Source: Alphaproteobacteria bacterium
Lineage (GTDB): Bacteria; Pseudomonadota; Alphaproteobacteria; SP197
NCBI GenBank assembly: GCA_965200495.1
Contig: CBDAUG010000001.1
Coordinates: forward strand, 2,196,885-2,260,884
DNA: 64,000 bases
Direction: 5' to 3'
In this document: one piece after another, positions 18,791 through 28,884 of the stretch
Numbering within the stretch: the first letter of the stretch is position 1
Layout: each line of letters begins with the position of its first letter
Notes under the pieces: model-generated
What the model was told of the DNA's origin: nothing
What the model saw: only the letters and a program-made list of their open reading frames with translations
The model's database searches: none
Translations under genes and position numbers: made by a program

Positions 18791-20128
18791 CTATGAGAGA
18801 AGGGTGGCGACCTCCCGGGCGACGGCCCGACCGTTGAGCCAGGCGCCGCCGGCGAGCTGGTACCACGGCGCGGCGGTGGCCTCGCCGGCAAAGAAGATCC
18901 TGTCGGCGACGGGCCGGGCAAGCCCGGCTCGCGCGTCATGATGGCCCGGAAGCGCCGCGGCATAGGCGCCGCGCGTCCAGGGATTGCTGTCCCAGTCTGT
19001 CGCCAGTCCCCTGACGACGTGCTTGTAGACGTCATTGCCGAAAATCGCAGCAAGCTCGCCCAGGGCGAAGTCGATCGCGGCATCGGATCCTGCCGCCGCC
19101 AGTTCGCGTCCGAAACGCCCTCCCGTGAAGCCGATCATGAGATTGAAACCGAAGGGAAAGGTGAGGAAATAGCAGGCCCGTGCCGGCAGCAGGTTCTCCA
19201 CGTGGTAGGTCAGCCAGTTGTTGTCACCCAGGCCGAACCGCTCGCCGTCGAACTCAAGGGCGATTTTCATCAGAAGTCCCATCGGCAAGCGGTCGATGGC
19301 TTCCTGCTTCCACAATGGAAGGGCGGGAGAAAAGGAGATGTCACCGGAGGCCAGCACACCTGTGGAAACGGTGACGATGCAGGCCCGCGCCCTGACGGTG
19401 CCCGCAGGCGTTGCCAGCGCCACGCCGTCACCGCTCCAGTCGATCGCGGTGACCGGAGTCTCAAGCGTGACCGGCAGGCCATATCCGTCGCGGGCGACAA
19501 GCGTGCCGAACCCTTCGCGAACCCTGTAGTAGGCGCCGATGTCGCCGTAGTTCCAGTTGTCAAGGGTGGACAGCTCGTCGAAATCGACAGCGAAATCCAT
19601 GGCTCCCATCCACGTCTGGGACACACCGGAAAACGACATGTCCGGTGGAACAACCGTCGATGCGGCAACATCGAGACCATCGCGCCCTGCCTTGTCGAGA
19701 GCGCCGTTGATGGCGTCCCAGGCACGGTCGTACTCCCCCCGTTCCTGGCCACTCGCCTTGCGGCCGCCGACGAAGAGCGATTCTCCGGCGCCACTGTGAT
19801 CGAGCAGCGTCAAGCCCCACGCGCGCGCCATGGCGATGTAGGGAAGGTCTGCCGGGCCCGTGATCCAGGAACATCCGCGGTCGAAGGGGACACCGAACGT
19901 ATCGCTGTCCGTCCAGGCCCGTCCGCCGATTCGTCCCGCAGCCTCGAGGACGACGACCGACAGTCCCTCCTGCTGCAGGGTGCGGGCCGCGGCGAGACCG
20001 GCCGCGCCGGCTCCCACCACGACGACATCCGGATTGCCGGGAAGACCCAGAGCGCCCGAAGGCAACGCCATCGTGGCTCCCAGACCGGCCAGAAACGACC
20101 GGCGGGAGAATGACTGCGCATGAGTCAT
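18791..20128 (-). CDS. FAD-dependent amine oxidase (flavin monoamine/polyamine oxidase family), Tat-exported
   Basis: Tat signal SRRSFLAGLGATMALP. Dinucleotide fold VVVVGAGAAGLAAARTL…VVVLEAAGRIGGR. C-terminal FFAGEAT. Confidence 0.85.
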   Translation of the reverse strand: MTHAQSFSRRSFLAGLGATMALPSGALGLPGNPDVVVVGAGAAGLAAARTLQQEGLSVVVLEAAGRIGGRAWTDSDTFGVPFDRGCSWITGPADLPYIAMARAWGLTLLDHSGAGESLFVGGRKASGQERGEYDRAWDAINGALDKAGRDGLDVAASTVVPPDMSFSGVSQTWMGAMDFAVDFDELSTLDNWNYGDIGAYYRVREGFGTLVARDGYGLPVTLETPVTAIDWSGDGVALATPAGTVRARACIVTVSTGVLASGDISFSPALPLWKQEAIDRLPMGLLMKIALEFDGERFGLGDNNWLTYHVENLLPARACYFLTFPFGFNLMIGFTGGRFGRELAAAGSDAAIDFALGELAAIFGNDVYKHVVRGLATDWDSNPWTRGAYAAALPGHHDARAGLARPVADRIFFAGEATAAPWYQLAGGAWLNGRAVAREVATLLS

Positions 20129-20187
20129 GGTCGATGAGATTCTCCCGAAGTGTTGCCCGCACGCGCCAACGGGCGAGCATCCTCAAT

Positions 20188-20210
20188 ATTTTCTGACCGG
20201 TCAATCAAAC
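20188..20210. promoter_or_regulatory. Operator-like motif ATTTTCTGACCGGTCAATCAAAC (palindromic core TGACCGGTCA); second copy of the 12597–12618 motif
   Basis: About 60–80 nt upstream of the amine oxidase start (minus strand). 20/22 match to the reverse complement of site 12597–12618. Confidence 0.55.
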
Positions 20211-20294
20211 GTGAACCCGCGGCACGCCATCATCCGCGATGCAGGACAAGGGCGCCGACCGTTCAGTCGGCCCCGCAGCTGCGGGCATGGGCGT

Positions 20295-20552
20295 TCAGAT
20301 ACGGTGGCGTGACGCGCGGCGTCGGCGTAACAGCAGGAGCAGGACGCTGATGACGCCTGTCGCGATCCACAAGGGGAATCCGAGAACCGGCAGGACGATG
20401 TCGAGCCACAGGTCGGGGTCGACATTCTTCTCGATCAGGGCCTGCAATCCGACGAGACTGTTGGCATCAATCTCAGCCCAGAGTCCGCCGATGGAAAGGG
20501 ACGTGTAGAGAATTGCCAGCACCACGGTGATGATGACAAAGAGACTTGTCAT
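20295..20552 (-). CDS. Small hypothetical membrane protein (2 TM)
   Basis: MTSLFVIITVVLAILYTSLSIGGLWAEI…LPVLGFPLWIATGVISVLLLLL. Only hydrophobicity and operon position support this call. Confidence 0.4.
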   Translation of the reverse strand: MTSLFVIITVVLAILYTSLSIGGLWAEIDANSLVGLQALIEKNVDPDLWLDIVLPVLGFPLWIATGVISVLLLLLRRRRASRHRI

Positions 20553-20683
20553 GATGAAGCGCAATTCGGACAACTCAGCCTCCCTTGTGCTGCCGGATGG
20601 TCCTGGCACGGCGTGCAGTTTAGCCGACATCCTTCGTTGCGTCATCGTTACCCTGCCCGGCTGGCGGCGCTGCCCGACGCGGC

Positions 20684-21844
20684 TCAGTAGCGTTTCGGGA
20701 TGTATCGGGCGTAGAAGGCTCCCACCGCCATGCCGAGACCGGCCCAGGCGAAGACCGTCGACAGCGGAAGGACCAGAAGCACGACGGCGAAGAGGCTCTG
20801 GGGAACGATACGACCGAACTCCCTGTAGGTCGTGTAGAGGGATATCATTTCTGCACGTTCGTGAGGATGGACCGCGCGTACGAAGGGTGCGTTGCCGACA
20901 GCATCAATCCATGAGGCGCACAGGCACGCCATCAGGAGCAGGCCGATGACGACATCGGGCAGAACGGCGAGAAGGGTTGCCGCCACGGACACCGCGGCAG
21001 TCGCGAGATAGCCGACGATGAGATGCCGGCGCATGCCAAGCGAGGCGCCCAGACGCCCCCACAACGGGGCCAGCATGACGAAGAGGCTGCCGACAGAAAC
21101 GATGAGACCGGCGTCGGCGGCGGCAAAACCGTTGTTGACGCAGTAGATCGGGGTGTAGATGAAGAAGACGGACCACCAGGACGAACGCACCAGGGCCAGC
21201 ACGTAGGCGAGACGCAGCCGCGGCTGTCCGGCGAAGCGCGGAATGAAGCGCAAGGGGTTCGAATGGCCGCGAACCGTTCTCGTCGATGGTGTCACGTAGC
21301 GCCGCCAGATGATCCAGGCGCCCGTCGAGAGCGCCAGCAGCGCCATCACGGCGAAGGGAGCCCACAGTCCGGCGCGCGATGAAAGCTGGACACCAAACCA
21401 GGGTCCCATGGCGAAGGCGAGACCGAGCACGGCCATGCGCACCGCCTCGAAACGCGCGAAACGTCGCCGTTCCACCCTTTCGATGGTGATCATGTTGATG
21501 ACGATATCGACGGAGAAGAATCCCCACGTGTAGAGAACGACGGCAAGAAAAAAGGCGACGCCGCTGCCCGTTGGAAAAAGGAGGGCGGACAGCAGGATGT
21601 TCGTCAAACCGAGCTGCATCAGACGGTAACGTCCCATGCGGGCGAGCAGGTGTGGCAGTGTCAGCGCTCCTCCCAGGCCCATGATTCCGACAGCCGTGAA
21701 GAGCATGCTCACCTGTTGGGTGCTGCCCAGAAGCTCGAATGCCCGCAGCGGAAAGACGGTGATCGGTATGGCCAGGGCAAGGACCATCAGACCCAGCATG
21801 AGGGCCAGTTCGAAGGCATGGGGAATGCCCTCGATGTTCAGCAT
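20684..21844 (-). CDS. MFS transporter
   Basis: 12-TM profile with a typical MFS loop (GRLGASLGMRR). Start taken at the internal M16 of the listed ORF. Confidence 0.8.
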   Translation of the reverse strand: MLNIEGIPHAFELALMLGLMVLALAIPITVFPLRAFELLGSTQQVSMLFTAVGIMGLGGALTLPHLLARMGRYRLMQLGLTNILLSALLFPTGSGVAFFLAVVLYTWGFFSVDIVINMITIERVERRRFARFEAVRMAVLGLAFAMGPWFGVQLSSRAGLWAPFAVMALLALSTGAWIIWRRYVTPSTRTVRGHSNPLRFIPRFAGQPRLRLAYVLALVRSSWWSVFFIYTPIYCVNNGFAAADAGLIVSVGSLFVMLAPLWGRLGASLGMRRHLIVGYLATAAVSVAATLLAVLPDVVIGLLLMACLCASWIDAVGNAPFVRAVHPHERAEMISLYTTYREFGRIVPQSLFAVVLLVLPLSTVFAWAGLGMAVGAFYARYIPKRY

Positions 21845-21948
21845 TCGAACGAGACGAACCGGCACGAATGCAATCCCCGCACGGATCACCCATCATCGCT
21901 CCCGCCTTGGCGGCAATGTCAAGTACCCGACGAGGAATTTCAGGGCCC

Positions 21949-22758
21949 TCAGCCGGTGACGATCTGGCGAATCCTGGCGGCGACGGTTTCGGGCCTGTGG
22001 CGGAAGAGCGAACAGTGCCCCAGACCCTCCAGCAAGTGGAAGTGGCCATCGGCCGCCGCTTCGGCCACCAGGCGGCCGCGCGCCGGCGGCGTCTGCATGT
22101 CCTGGTCGAAGGCGATCACGTGGAGCGGCCGCGTGCAGCCGGCGAGTCGGTCCATGGCCGAATACTCGAGACATGCCTGCCACTGGGCGGCGAGCATGTC
22201 ACCGTCACGCTCGGCGTACGCTGCGGCCACCACGGGTTTGCACCTCTCCCACATCGCGTTGTCGCCCAGAACCTCGCTGGGGTACATCAGCAGGGCATAG
22301 TGGGCCAGCGCGAAGTCGGCAGGCAGGCGGTGACCCGCTTCGCGGAAACTGATCTCGGCCTCCTCCCATTCTGCGATGAAACCGCCCTTGCCGCCTGATG
22401 TTCCCATGGCGATTCCCAGGCGTACGAGTTCGGGCCAGGCCAGGAGCATCTCCTGGACGACGAGCGCGCCCATGGAGAGGCCGACGATCACGACCGGAGG
22501 ATCGCAGACTTCCCTGATCAGGTGCGCGACATCATCGGCATAGGTGGCGATCGGCCAGGGGGGAGGGCGGTGGCTGACCGTGCGTCCGGCGCCGCGTGGA
22601 TCAAAACTCGTGCAGCGGTAGTCGGGAAAGAAGCCGAACTGCTCCTCCCATTCCCCGCCTGTCTGGTCCCCGCCCGGACACCAGACGATGTCCGGTCCGG
22701 CTCCCGAACGGACCCAGTGGAGGGACACATCGGCGGTATTCAGCGTGGCGTGGTCCAT
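21949..22758 (-). CDS. Alpha/beta-fold hydrolase
   Basis: Nucleophile elbow GLSMG. Reads HWVRSGAGPDIVWCPGG…. Catalytic His near the C-terminus (GHCSLFRH). Confidence 0.8.
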   Translation of the reverse strand: MDHATLNTADVSLHWVRSGAGPDIVWCPGGDQTGGEWEEQFGFFPDYRCTSFDPRGAGRTVSHRPPPWPIATYADDVAHLIREVCDPPVVIVGLSMGALVVQEMLLAWPELVRLGIAMGTSGGKGGFIAEWEEAEISFREAGHRLPADFALAHYALLMYPSEVLGDNAMWERCKPVVAAAYAERDGDMLAAQWQACLEYSAMDRLAGCTRPLHVIAFDQDMQTPPARGRLVAEAAADGHFHLLEGLGHCSLFRHRPETVAARIRQIVTG

Positions 22759-22769
22759 GGCGGATTCCT

Positions 22770-23399
22770 TCAGCCGGTCAGCCGGGCGGGCTGGATCGGT
22801 CCCGGCGAAACCCACAGGCAGAACGTGAAGAGCGGTGTGGTGCGGGTGATCATCTCGTGGGGAAGCCAGGGGGTGTTGTGAACCGGCTTGCCCGGCGGGC
22901 GCTCCCGGGGCGGGGCGTCATCCTGGCCCCACAGGGTATCGCCCCCGAAGGGATAGTATATTTCCTCGGCTTCGTGATGGTGACGCGGGTAGTGTTGTCC
23001 GGGGCCAATGACGAAGAAGGCGGCCACGACGCGGTCGTGCGGAATGAGCGCCTCGAAGCCCAGAATGTTGGTGTAGCAGTAGTTGTTCATGTAGCCGTCG
23101 CCAAGGCTTTCGCGATAGTGCTCGCTGCGAATCCAGCGCAGCGACGGCTCGAGTGCGGCAAAGGCCTGTGCGAGATCCGCCATGGGACCCTTCCGCGCCA
23201 TGGAGAGCGCAGCAGCGAGATGGCGACAGCCCGGCAGCCGCCGCGCCTCCTGGATCCGGTCCGGCAGTCGGGCAGCGGAGAGTTCACGGGAGAGAATGGA
23301 AAGCGGCGGCGACGTGGCCGTGTCTTTGTGCTGCGCGATGAAGCGCAGGATTTCCCGGCGCACGCGTTCGAAGGCCGTGTCGAGAGCATTGTGGACCAT
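22770..23399 (-). CDS. Cupin-domain protein (metal-binding HHHEAEE motif; DMSP-lyase DddL-like / RmlC-like cupin)
   Basis: GPGQHYPRHHHEAEEIYYPFGGDTLWG matches G-x5-HxH-x3,4-E-x6-G. About 210 aa. First gene of the minus-strand operon. The N-terminal 113 aa of the listed ORF do not look coding. Confidence 0.65.
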   Translation of the reverse strand: MVHNALDTAFERVRREILRFIAQHKDTATSPPLSILSRELSAARLPDRIQEARRLPGCRHLAAALSMARKGPMADLAQAFAALEPSLRWIRSEHYRESLGDGYMNNYCYTNILGFEALIPHDRVVAAFFVIGPGQHYPRHHHEAEEIYYPFGGDTLWGQDDAPPRERPPGKPVHNTPWLPHEMITRTTPLFTFCLWVSPGPIQPARLTG

Positions 23400-23465
23400 G
23401 ACCTCTTTCCTCTCATGCGTCTGCCTGCCATGGTGCCCGGGCAAAGCGGTCGAAGAGTGCGGGCA

Positions 23466-24029
23466 ATGGATCAGGGAAACAAGCCGGGGTGGCTGACGCC
23501 GGCAACCGACTATGGGCCGCTCGCGCTGTTTCTTGCCGCCTACCTGCTGGCCGACCTGATGGTTGCGACAGGGGTGCTGGTCCTGGCGACGCTCGGCGCT
23601 GTGGCGCTGGGATATCTGGTGGCCCGGCACGTTCCCAAGATGGCCGTGATGACAGCGGCCCTGGTCTCCGTTTTCGGCGGTCTCACTCTCGCACTGCAGG
23701 ATGCGACGTTCATCAAGATGAAACCGACGATCGTTCAACTGCTGTTTGCCGCGCTTCTTGCGGGCGGTGTCGCCATGGGGCGTTCACCGCTGAAGTGCGT
23801 CATGGGTGGCGCGTTCGATCTGGTTGATGATGCCTGGCGCATCCTCTCTGTCAGGTTTGCGCTCTTCTTCACGGCGATGGCCGGTCTCAACGAACTGGTC
23901 TGGCGCACCCAGGACGAAGAAACATGGGTGTTCTTCAAGGTTTTCGGAATCCTTGGCCTGACGGTGCTCTTCGCCGTTGCACAGACACCGTTCCTGATGC
24001 GTCACCGGCCTCCCGACAGCCCGGATTGA
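23466..24029 (+). CDS. yciB: Intracellular septation protein A (YciB/IspZ)
   Basis: MDQGNKPGWLTPATDYGPLALFLAAYLLADLMVATGVLVLATLGAVALGYLVARHVPKMA…, a 5-TM YciB family member. Only the 3' 188 codons of the 477-aa listed ORF are coding. Confidence 0.8.
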   Translation: MDQGNKPGWLTPATDYGPLALFLAAYLLADLMVATGVLVLATLGAVALGYLVARHVPKMAVMTAALVSVFGGLTLALQDATFIKMKPTIVQLLFAALLAGGVAMGRSPLKCVMGGAFDLVDDAWRILSVRFALFFTAMAGLNELVWRTQDEETWVFFKVFGILGLTVLFAVAQTPFLMRHRPPDSPD

Positions 24030-24034
24030 GGGCG

Positions 24035-25552
24035 TCAGCCTACCGTGCCTGAATAGGAAGCCTGGATATCGCCACCCTCGCGGAAGTAGAGCCGCGACGC
24101 ATCGCGCAGCGGCTGGAAATCCCAGGGGGTTCGCCTGCCGGTGTCGAGGGCGGCGCCAACCAGACGTCTCGAGGCCTGGCTGCGGCGCACTGCCGCGTCG
24201 AGCGCCGGGATGTCCCAGGTCCTGTCGACGGCCGTTTCCAGTACAGCGCGCACCTGAGCGTGATCAGGGCATCGTGCGAGGTTGCGGCGTTCATCCGGGT
24301 CTGCGTCGAGATCGAAGAGAAGCGGCGGATCAGCGGGAGACGAGATCAGCTTGCAGGGCCCCTTGCGCACCATCACCAACGGCGCCGGCACACCCTCGGC
24401 GGTGTACTCGGCACAGACCAGATCGGACCAGTCATCGTCATTGCCTGAGCTCAGGGGCATGAGCGAGGCGCCGTCAATCGGCGCTGCCAGTTCCGGAAGC
24501 GCGCCGTCGTACGCCACGTCGAGCAGGGTCGGGAGGAGATCGATGTGGGAAACGTTCGCAGCCTGACGGCGTGGGGCAAAGGCAAAGGGTGCATGCACGA
24601 TCAAGGGAACCCGGACCGACCATTCGAAGAAGGACATCTTGAAGAACAGGCCACGCTCGCCGAGTGAATCGCCGTGATCGGAGGTGAAGACGACGAGGGT
24701 GTTGTCCGCCGCGCCGATTTCGTCCAGCGCCGCCAGCAGCCGGCCGACTTTTGCGTCAACATAGCTCGTGACCGCATAGTAGGCGCGGCGCATGCGCACC
24801 ACGTCCGCCTCGCTGATGGCGGCGAGATGACGCCCGGTCAGGAACCAGTGCCGTCGGCTGTGCGGATCGCGCTCATCGGGCGGGATGTCCGGAACACGGG
24901 GCGGATCGACCCTGGCATCGCGGTAGCGATCCCACCAGTCAGGTGGAGCGAGATAGGGATCGTGAGGCGAGATGAATGACGCCGTGAGCGCAAACGGCCG
25001 CCCGTCATTGCTGTCGGCATGTTCGTGCAGCCATCGGACCGCCTCGAATTCCACTTCATCATCATAGGCGATATTGACGCTCCGCCGGTGCGGACCGGCA
25101 TCGAGGACCGCATGCATGCTGTGATACCACTCAAGCCAGCACTCGTCGTCGAGACTCCAGTCCGGCGACCACAGGAAGTCGGCAGGGTAGACATCGGTCG
25201 TGACGCGTTCTTCGTATCCATGGAGCTGGTCGGGGCCGACGAAGTGCATCTTGCCGGCAAGGCAGGTGCGGTAACCGGCACTGCGCAGGTAGTGATGGAT
25301 GGTCGGTGTGGAAGCGGGAAACTCGACGGCATTGTCGTATGCGCCGATTCTCGAAGGCAGACGCCCGCTCAGCATCGAAAACCGCGCCGGCGCACACAGC
25401 GGAAAGTTGCAGTAGGCGTTCTCGAACACCACGCCGTCCCTGGCAAGGCGATCAAGGTGCGGGGTATCCACTCCCGTCCCGCCATAGGCGGACAGCACCT
25501 GCGGCGCGAGTTGATCGGCCATGACAAAAAGGATGTTCGGGCGTTTCGTCAT
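24035..25552 (-). CDS. betC: Choline-sulfatase (type-I sulfatase family)
   Basis: MTKRPNILFVMADQL…; formylglycine motif CAPARFSMLSGR. About 505 aa, no signal peptide, matching the BetC profile. Confidence 0.8.
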   Translation of the reverse strand: MTKRPNILFVMADQLAPQVLSAYGGTGVDTPHLDRLARDGVVFENAYCNFPLCAPARFSMLSGRLPSRIGAYDNAVEFPASTPTIHHYLRSAGYRTCLAGKMHFVGPDQLHGYEERVTTDVYPADFLWSPDWSLDDECWLEWYHSMHAVLDAGPHRRSVNIAYDDEVEFEAVRWLHEHADSNDGRPFALTASFISPHDPYLAPPDWWDRYRDARVDPPRVPDIPPDERDPHSRRHWFLTGRHLAAISEADVVRMRRAYYAVTSYVDAKVGRLLAALDEIGAADNTLVVFTSDHGDSLGERGLFFKMSFFEWSVRVPLIVHAPFAFAPRRQAANVSHIDLLPTLLDVAYDGALPELAAPIDGASLMPLSSGNDDDWSDLVCAEYTAEGVPAPLVMVRKGPCKLISSPADPPLLFDLDADPDERRNLARCPDHAQVRAVLETAVDRTWDIPALDAAVRRSQASRRLVGAALDTGRRTPWDFQPLRDASRLYFREGGDIQASYSGTVG

Positions 25553-25639
25553 CGAGCTTGTCCTCGTTGGTGGCGCAGCAGTGAGAGATCAATTCCCGCA
25601 TTCCCGACGGCGGCAGGTTCGCATGGCGGCGGCGCTCGA

Positions 25640-26200
25640 TCAGGCAGCGCCCTGCTCCGCCATGTCCTTTTCGCGAGCCTGTTTGGCATCGGCCCTTTCA
25701 ATCGCGTCATTGAGTTCCGCGGCGGTGCACAATCCGGCAAGCACCGGGTCCTTCATCTCGATCATGCTCGAGTTACGGTGGCTCCCTTCACGGATTCTCT
25801 CGATGGTTTTTCTGGTGGTGCCGATGAGCCTTTCGATCTGCGCCGGCGACAGCTGGGGATAGTGCTTGATGAGATAGGCGATGGCATCGGGCTTGTTGCG
25901 ACGTTTCGAGATGGGCGTATAGCGGGTGCGAGAGGTTTTTCGGGGTGTTGCCTCACCACGGTTGGCGAGTTGCATGGTGGCGGACGGATCCGCCTGACAA
26001 CGGTCCAGCTCCTCCTTGGTGACCTGCCCTGTCTGAACGGGGTTCCGGCCGATCAGATCCTTTTCGATCTCACCGTCGGCGATGTTCTGGATTTCCAGTT
26101 CGTGCATGCCGCAGAACTCGGCAATCTGGCTGAACGTGAGAATCGTGTTGTCGATCAGCCACACGGCTGTTGCCCGAGGCATCAGCAACTCTTGCGACAT
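25640..26200 (-). CDS. DUF1013-family protein (alphaproteobacterial; TrcR-like putative cell-cycle regulator)
   Basis: MSQELLMPRATAVWLIDNTILTFSQIAEFCGMHELEIQNIADGEI… Noticeably lower GC than its neighbours. Confidence 0.7.
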   Translation of the reverse strand: MSQELLMPRATAVWLIDNTILTFSQIAEFCGMHELEIQNIADGEIEKDLIGRNPVQTGQVTKEELDRCQADPSATMQLANRGEATPRKTSRTRYTPISKRRNKPDAIAYLIKHYPQLSPAQIERLIGTTRKTIERIREGSHRNSSMIEMKDPVLAGLCTAAELNDAIERADAKQAREKDMAEQGAA

Positions 26201-26382
26201 GGTTTATCTCCACACCAGCTGTTCGCGAAGGCGGCAGCGGGACGTCCGGCGTTCTTCGGCAGCCGTACTCGGCACGGCACGCAACACGGCGCTGCCTCGC
26301 CCTGACCATAGAACACCGGGAACGGACGTGACAAGGCATGAGCGCGTCGATGATTTCCCGCACGCTGCAGGGTGGTCGGCTT

Positions 26383-27372
26383 TCAGCCCATGGACAGCAC
26401 CACCTTGCCGACATGATCGTCGTCGAGCATGTCCTGGGCGCGGGCAGCCTGTGCGAGGGGAAGCGTGGCATGAATCACCGGTTTGACCCGGCCGCTCTCA
26501 AGCAGGGGCAGAACCTCACGTGCGAGTTCGGCGGCGATGAGGCCCTTTTCGTTCACCGACCGGGCACGCAGCGTCGAGCCGGTGATCGTCGCCCGCTTCA
26601 TCATCATCGGCGCAAAATCGACGGTCGCCCTGGAGCCGGACAGGAATGCGATGAAGCACAGGCGGCCCTCGGTCGCCAGAAGACGGATATTGCGGGGAAT
26701 CGTGTCGCCTCCCGCCATGTCGAGAATGACGTCGATGCCGCGTCCCTGCGTCAGTTCCCTGGCGAGAGCGACGAAGTCGTCCCGGTGATAGTTGAAGGCC
26801 CGTTCAGCGCCGAGCGCCTCACAGGCCCGGCATCGCGAATCGCTTCCGGCGGTGGCGAACACCCGGGCGCCCCTCGCCTCGGCGAGCTGGATGGCGGTGG
26901 TTCCGATACCGCTTGCTCCGCCATGCACGAGGAATGTCTCGCCACCCGAGAGCCGGCATCTCTGGAAGACATTGGTCCACACGGTGAAGAAAGTCTCAGG
27001 GACTGCGGCAGCCACGGTGTCGTCGAGGCGGTCGGGAACCGGCAGGGCCTGGGGAACGGGAACCACGCAATACTCTGCATAGCCCCCCCCTGACACCAGG
27101 GCCATGATGCGCTGTCCCGGTTGGAGAGCCTCGCTCGATGGTCCATTGGCGACCACCTCTCCGGCAATCTCGAGGCCCGGAACATCACTCGTTCCGGGCG
27201 GCGGCGGATAGGTGCCGGCACGCTGCAGGATGTCCGGCCGGTTGACCCCCGCCGCGTGGATCCGGACCAGCACCTCGCCGACGTCCGGCCGGGGGATGGG
27301 GCGGCGCACAAGACGAACCACACCGGAATCGCCATGGCCGTCGTACACGATGGCATGCATGGTATCAGGCAT
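26383..27372 (-). CDS. qor: NAD(P)H:quinone oxidoreductase (zeta-crystallin / MDR family)
   Basis: [43 protein letters not shown]…[14 protein letters not shown]. Confidence 0.85.
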   Translation of the reverse strand: MPDTMHAIVYDGHGDSGVVRLVRRPIPRPDVGEVLVRIHAAGVNRPDILQRAGTYPPPPGTSDVPGLEIAGEVVANGPSSEALQPGQRIMALVSGGGYAEYCVVPVPQALPVPDRLDDTVAAAVPETFFTVWTNVFQRCRLSGGETFLVHGGASGIGTTAIQLAEARGARVFATAGSDSRCRACEALGAERAFNYHRDDFVALARELTQGRGIDVILDMAGGDTIPRNIRLLATEGRLCFIAFLSGSRATVDFAPMMMKRATITGSTLRARSVNEKGLIAAELAREVLPLLESGRVKPVIHATLPLAQAARAQDMLDDDHVGKVVLSMG

Positions 27373-27625
27373 CGCCGTTCTCCCGTGCGCCCTTTCTCAA
27401 CGTCCGTGTCCGGGCTCGTGTCCTGTCAATCCATCGCAATCAGCGGCGCCTGATGGGGGATGCATCGCGCCGGGTGCTCGCCCCGCGTCATCAGCTGAAG
27501 TGGTCCGGCGCATTCTCCAGGGGGACGCGAGGTCGCTCGCCATCCCGGCAGTGTGTGCACACTTTCCGGCAACGAGTGTGCTATGGTCAACATTGGGACA
27601 GGGTCGGGAGATTGCCGGAAACGTC

Positions 27626-28375
27626 ATGGCCGGGCATTCCAAGTGGAAGAACATCATGTACCGCAAGGGTGCGCAGGATGCCAGGCGCGCCCGCCAGTTC
27701 ACAAAGGTGGGGCGCGAGATCGCCGTCGCCGCGCGCTCCGGTCTGCCTGATCCCGATCACAATCCGCGCCTTCGGGCGGCCATTCAGGCGGCCCGGGCTG
27801 TGAACATGACCCGAGAGGCCATCGACAGAGCCATCAAGCGCAGTACCGGAAGCGATGCGGCGGCCGACTATGTCGCAATGCGCTACGAGGGCTATGGCCC
27901 GGGCGGCGTGGCGATCATCGTCGAGGCCCTGACCGACAACCGCAACAGGACGGCTGCCGAGATTCGTGCCGCGTTTTCGAAGAATGGCGGCAGTCTCGGA
28001 GAGACGGGCAGCGTGTCGTTCATGTTCGAGCGCACGGGCCAGATCGTCCTTGCAGCACAGGTCGGCGACGAGGACGAGGTGTTCGAAGCAGCGCTCGAAG
28101 CCGGCGCCGGAGACGTGATGTCCGACGCCGACGGTCACATCGTTCTGTGTGCTCCGGAGGATTTCGGCGCCACCAGCGATGCCCTGGTGGCGCGATTCGG
28201 CAACCCCCGCGAAGCCGGTCTCATCTGGCGGGCCTCGGTCGTCACCGCGGTGACGGAAGACAAGGCGGCAACCCTGTTGCGGCTGATCGGGGATCTCGAG
28301 GACAATGACGATGTCCAGTCCGTGGCGGCCAATTTCGAGATTGCGGATGACGTGATGGAACGACTGGTTGCCTGA
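27626..28375 (+). CDS. yebC: YebC/PmpR-family transcriptional regulator
   Basis: Canonical [21 protein letters not shown]… N-terminus. Confidence 0.9.
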   Translation: MAGHSKWKNIMYRKGAQDARRARQFTKVGREIAVAARSGLPDPDHNPRLRAAIQAARAVNMTREAIDRAIKRSTGSDAAADYVAMRYEGYGPGGVAIIVEALTDNRNRTAAEIRAAFSKNGGSLGETGSVSFMFERTGQIVLAAQVGDEDEVFEAALEAGAGDVMSDADGHIVLCAPEDFGATSDALVARFGNPREAGLIWRASVVTAVTEDKAATLLRLIGDLEDNDDVQSVAANFEIADDVMERLVA

Positions 28376-28383
28376 GGTGCGTC

Positions 28384-28884
28384 ATGCGAATTCTGGGACT
28401 GGATCCCGGCCTCCTGAACACCGGCTGGGGAGTGATCTCGATCGATGGTTCTCTGCTTCATCATGTTGCGCACGGTGTCATCTCGCCCCGTCCGTGCCTT
28501 TCCATGGCCCAACGCCTGACAGAGATCCATCGCGGCGTCAGCAGCCTGCTCGTGGAGCAGACTCCCGATCATGTTGCCATCGAGGAGACGTTCGTCAGCC
28601 TGAATGCGGACAGCACCCTCAAGCTCGGGCTGGCCCGCGGCGCAGCCCTTGTCGCGGCTGCCGCAACCGGCCTCGAGGTCAGCGAGTACGCGACGCGGCT
28701 GGTGAAGAAGACCGTGGTCGGAACGGGAAAGGCGGAGAAGCACCAGATTGCCGCCATGATCGGCATTCTGCTTCCGGCCGCGAAGGGCGCGCGCCACGAC
28801 GCCGCGGATGCGCTGGCAGTCGCCGTCTGTCATGTCTATCACGCGCGGACCTTTGAGCGCATTCGTTCCGGAACGCGCGCATGA
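28384..28884 (+). CDS. ruvC: Crossover junction endodeoxyribonuclease RuvC
   Basis: MRILGLDPGLLNTGWGVI… RuvC fold with catalytic D/E residues. Confidence 0.9.
   Translation: MRILGLDPGLLNTGWGVISIDGSLLHHVAHGVISPRPCLSMAQRLTEIHRGVSSLLVEQTPDHVAIEETFVSLNADSTLKLGLARGAALVAAAATGLEVSEYATRLVKKTVVGTGKAEKHQIAAMIGILLPAAKGARHDAADALAVAVCHVYHARTFERIRSGTRA

Noticed and set aside
22596-23465. Upstream 290 codons of the 477-aa ORF that ends as YciB
   Set aside because: Only the last 188 codons (from MDQGNKPGW) look like protein. The upstream part is antisense to the cupin gene and lacks coherent sequence.
25019-26305. 428-aa plus-strand ORF
   Set aside because: Antisense to the choline sulfatase and DUF1013 genes. 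No motifs.
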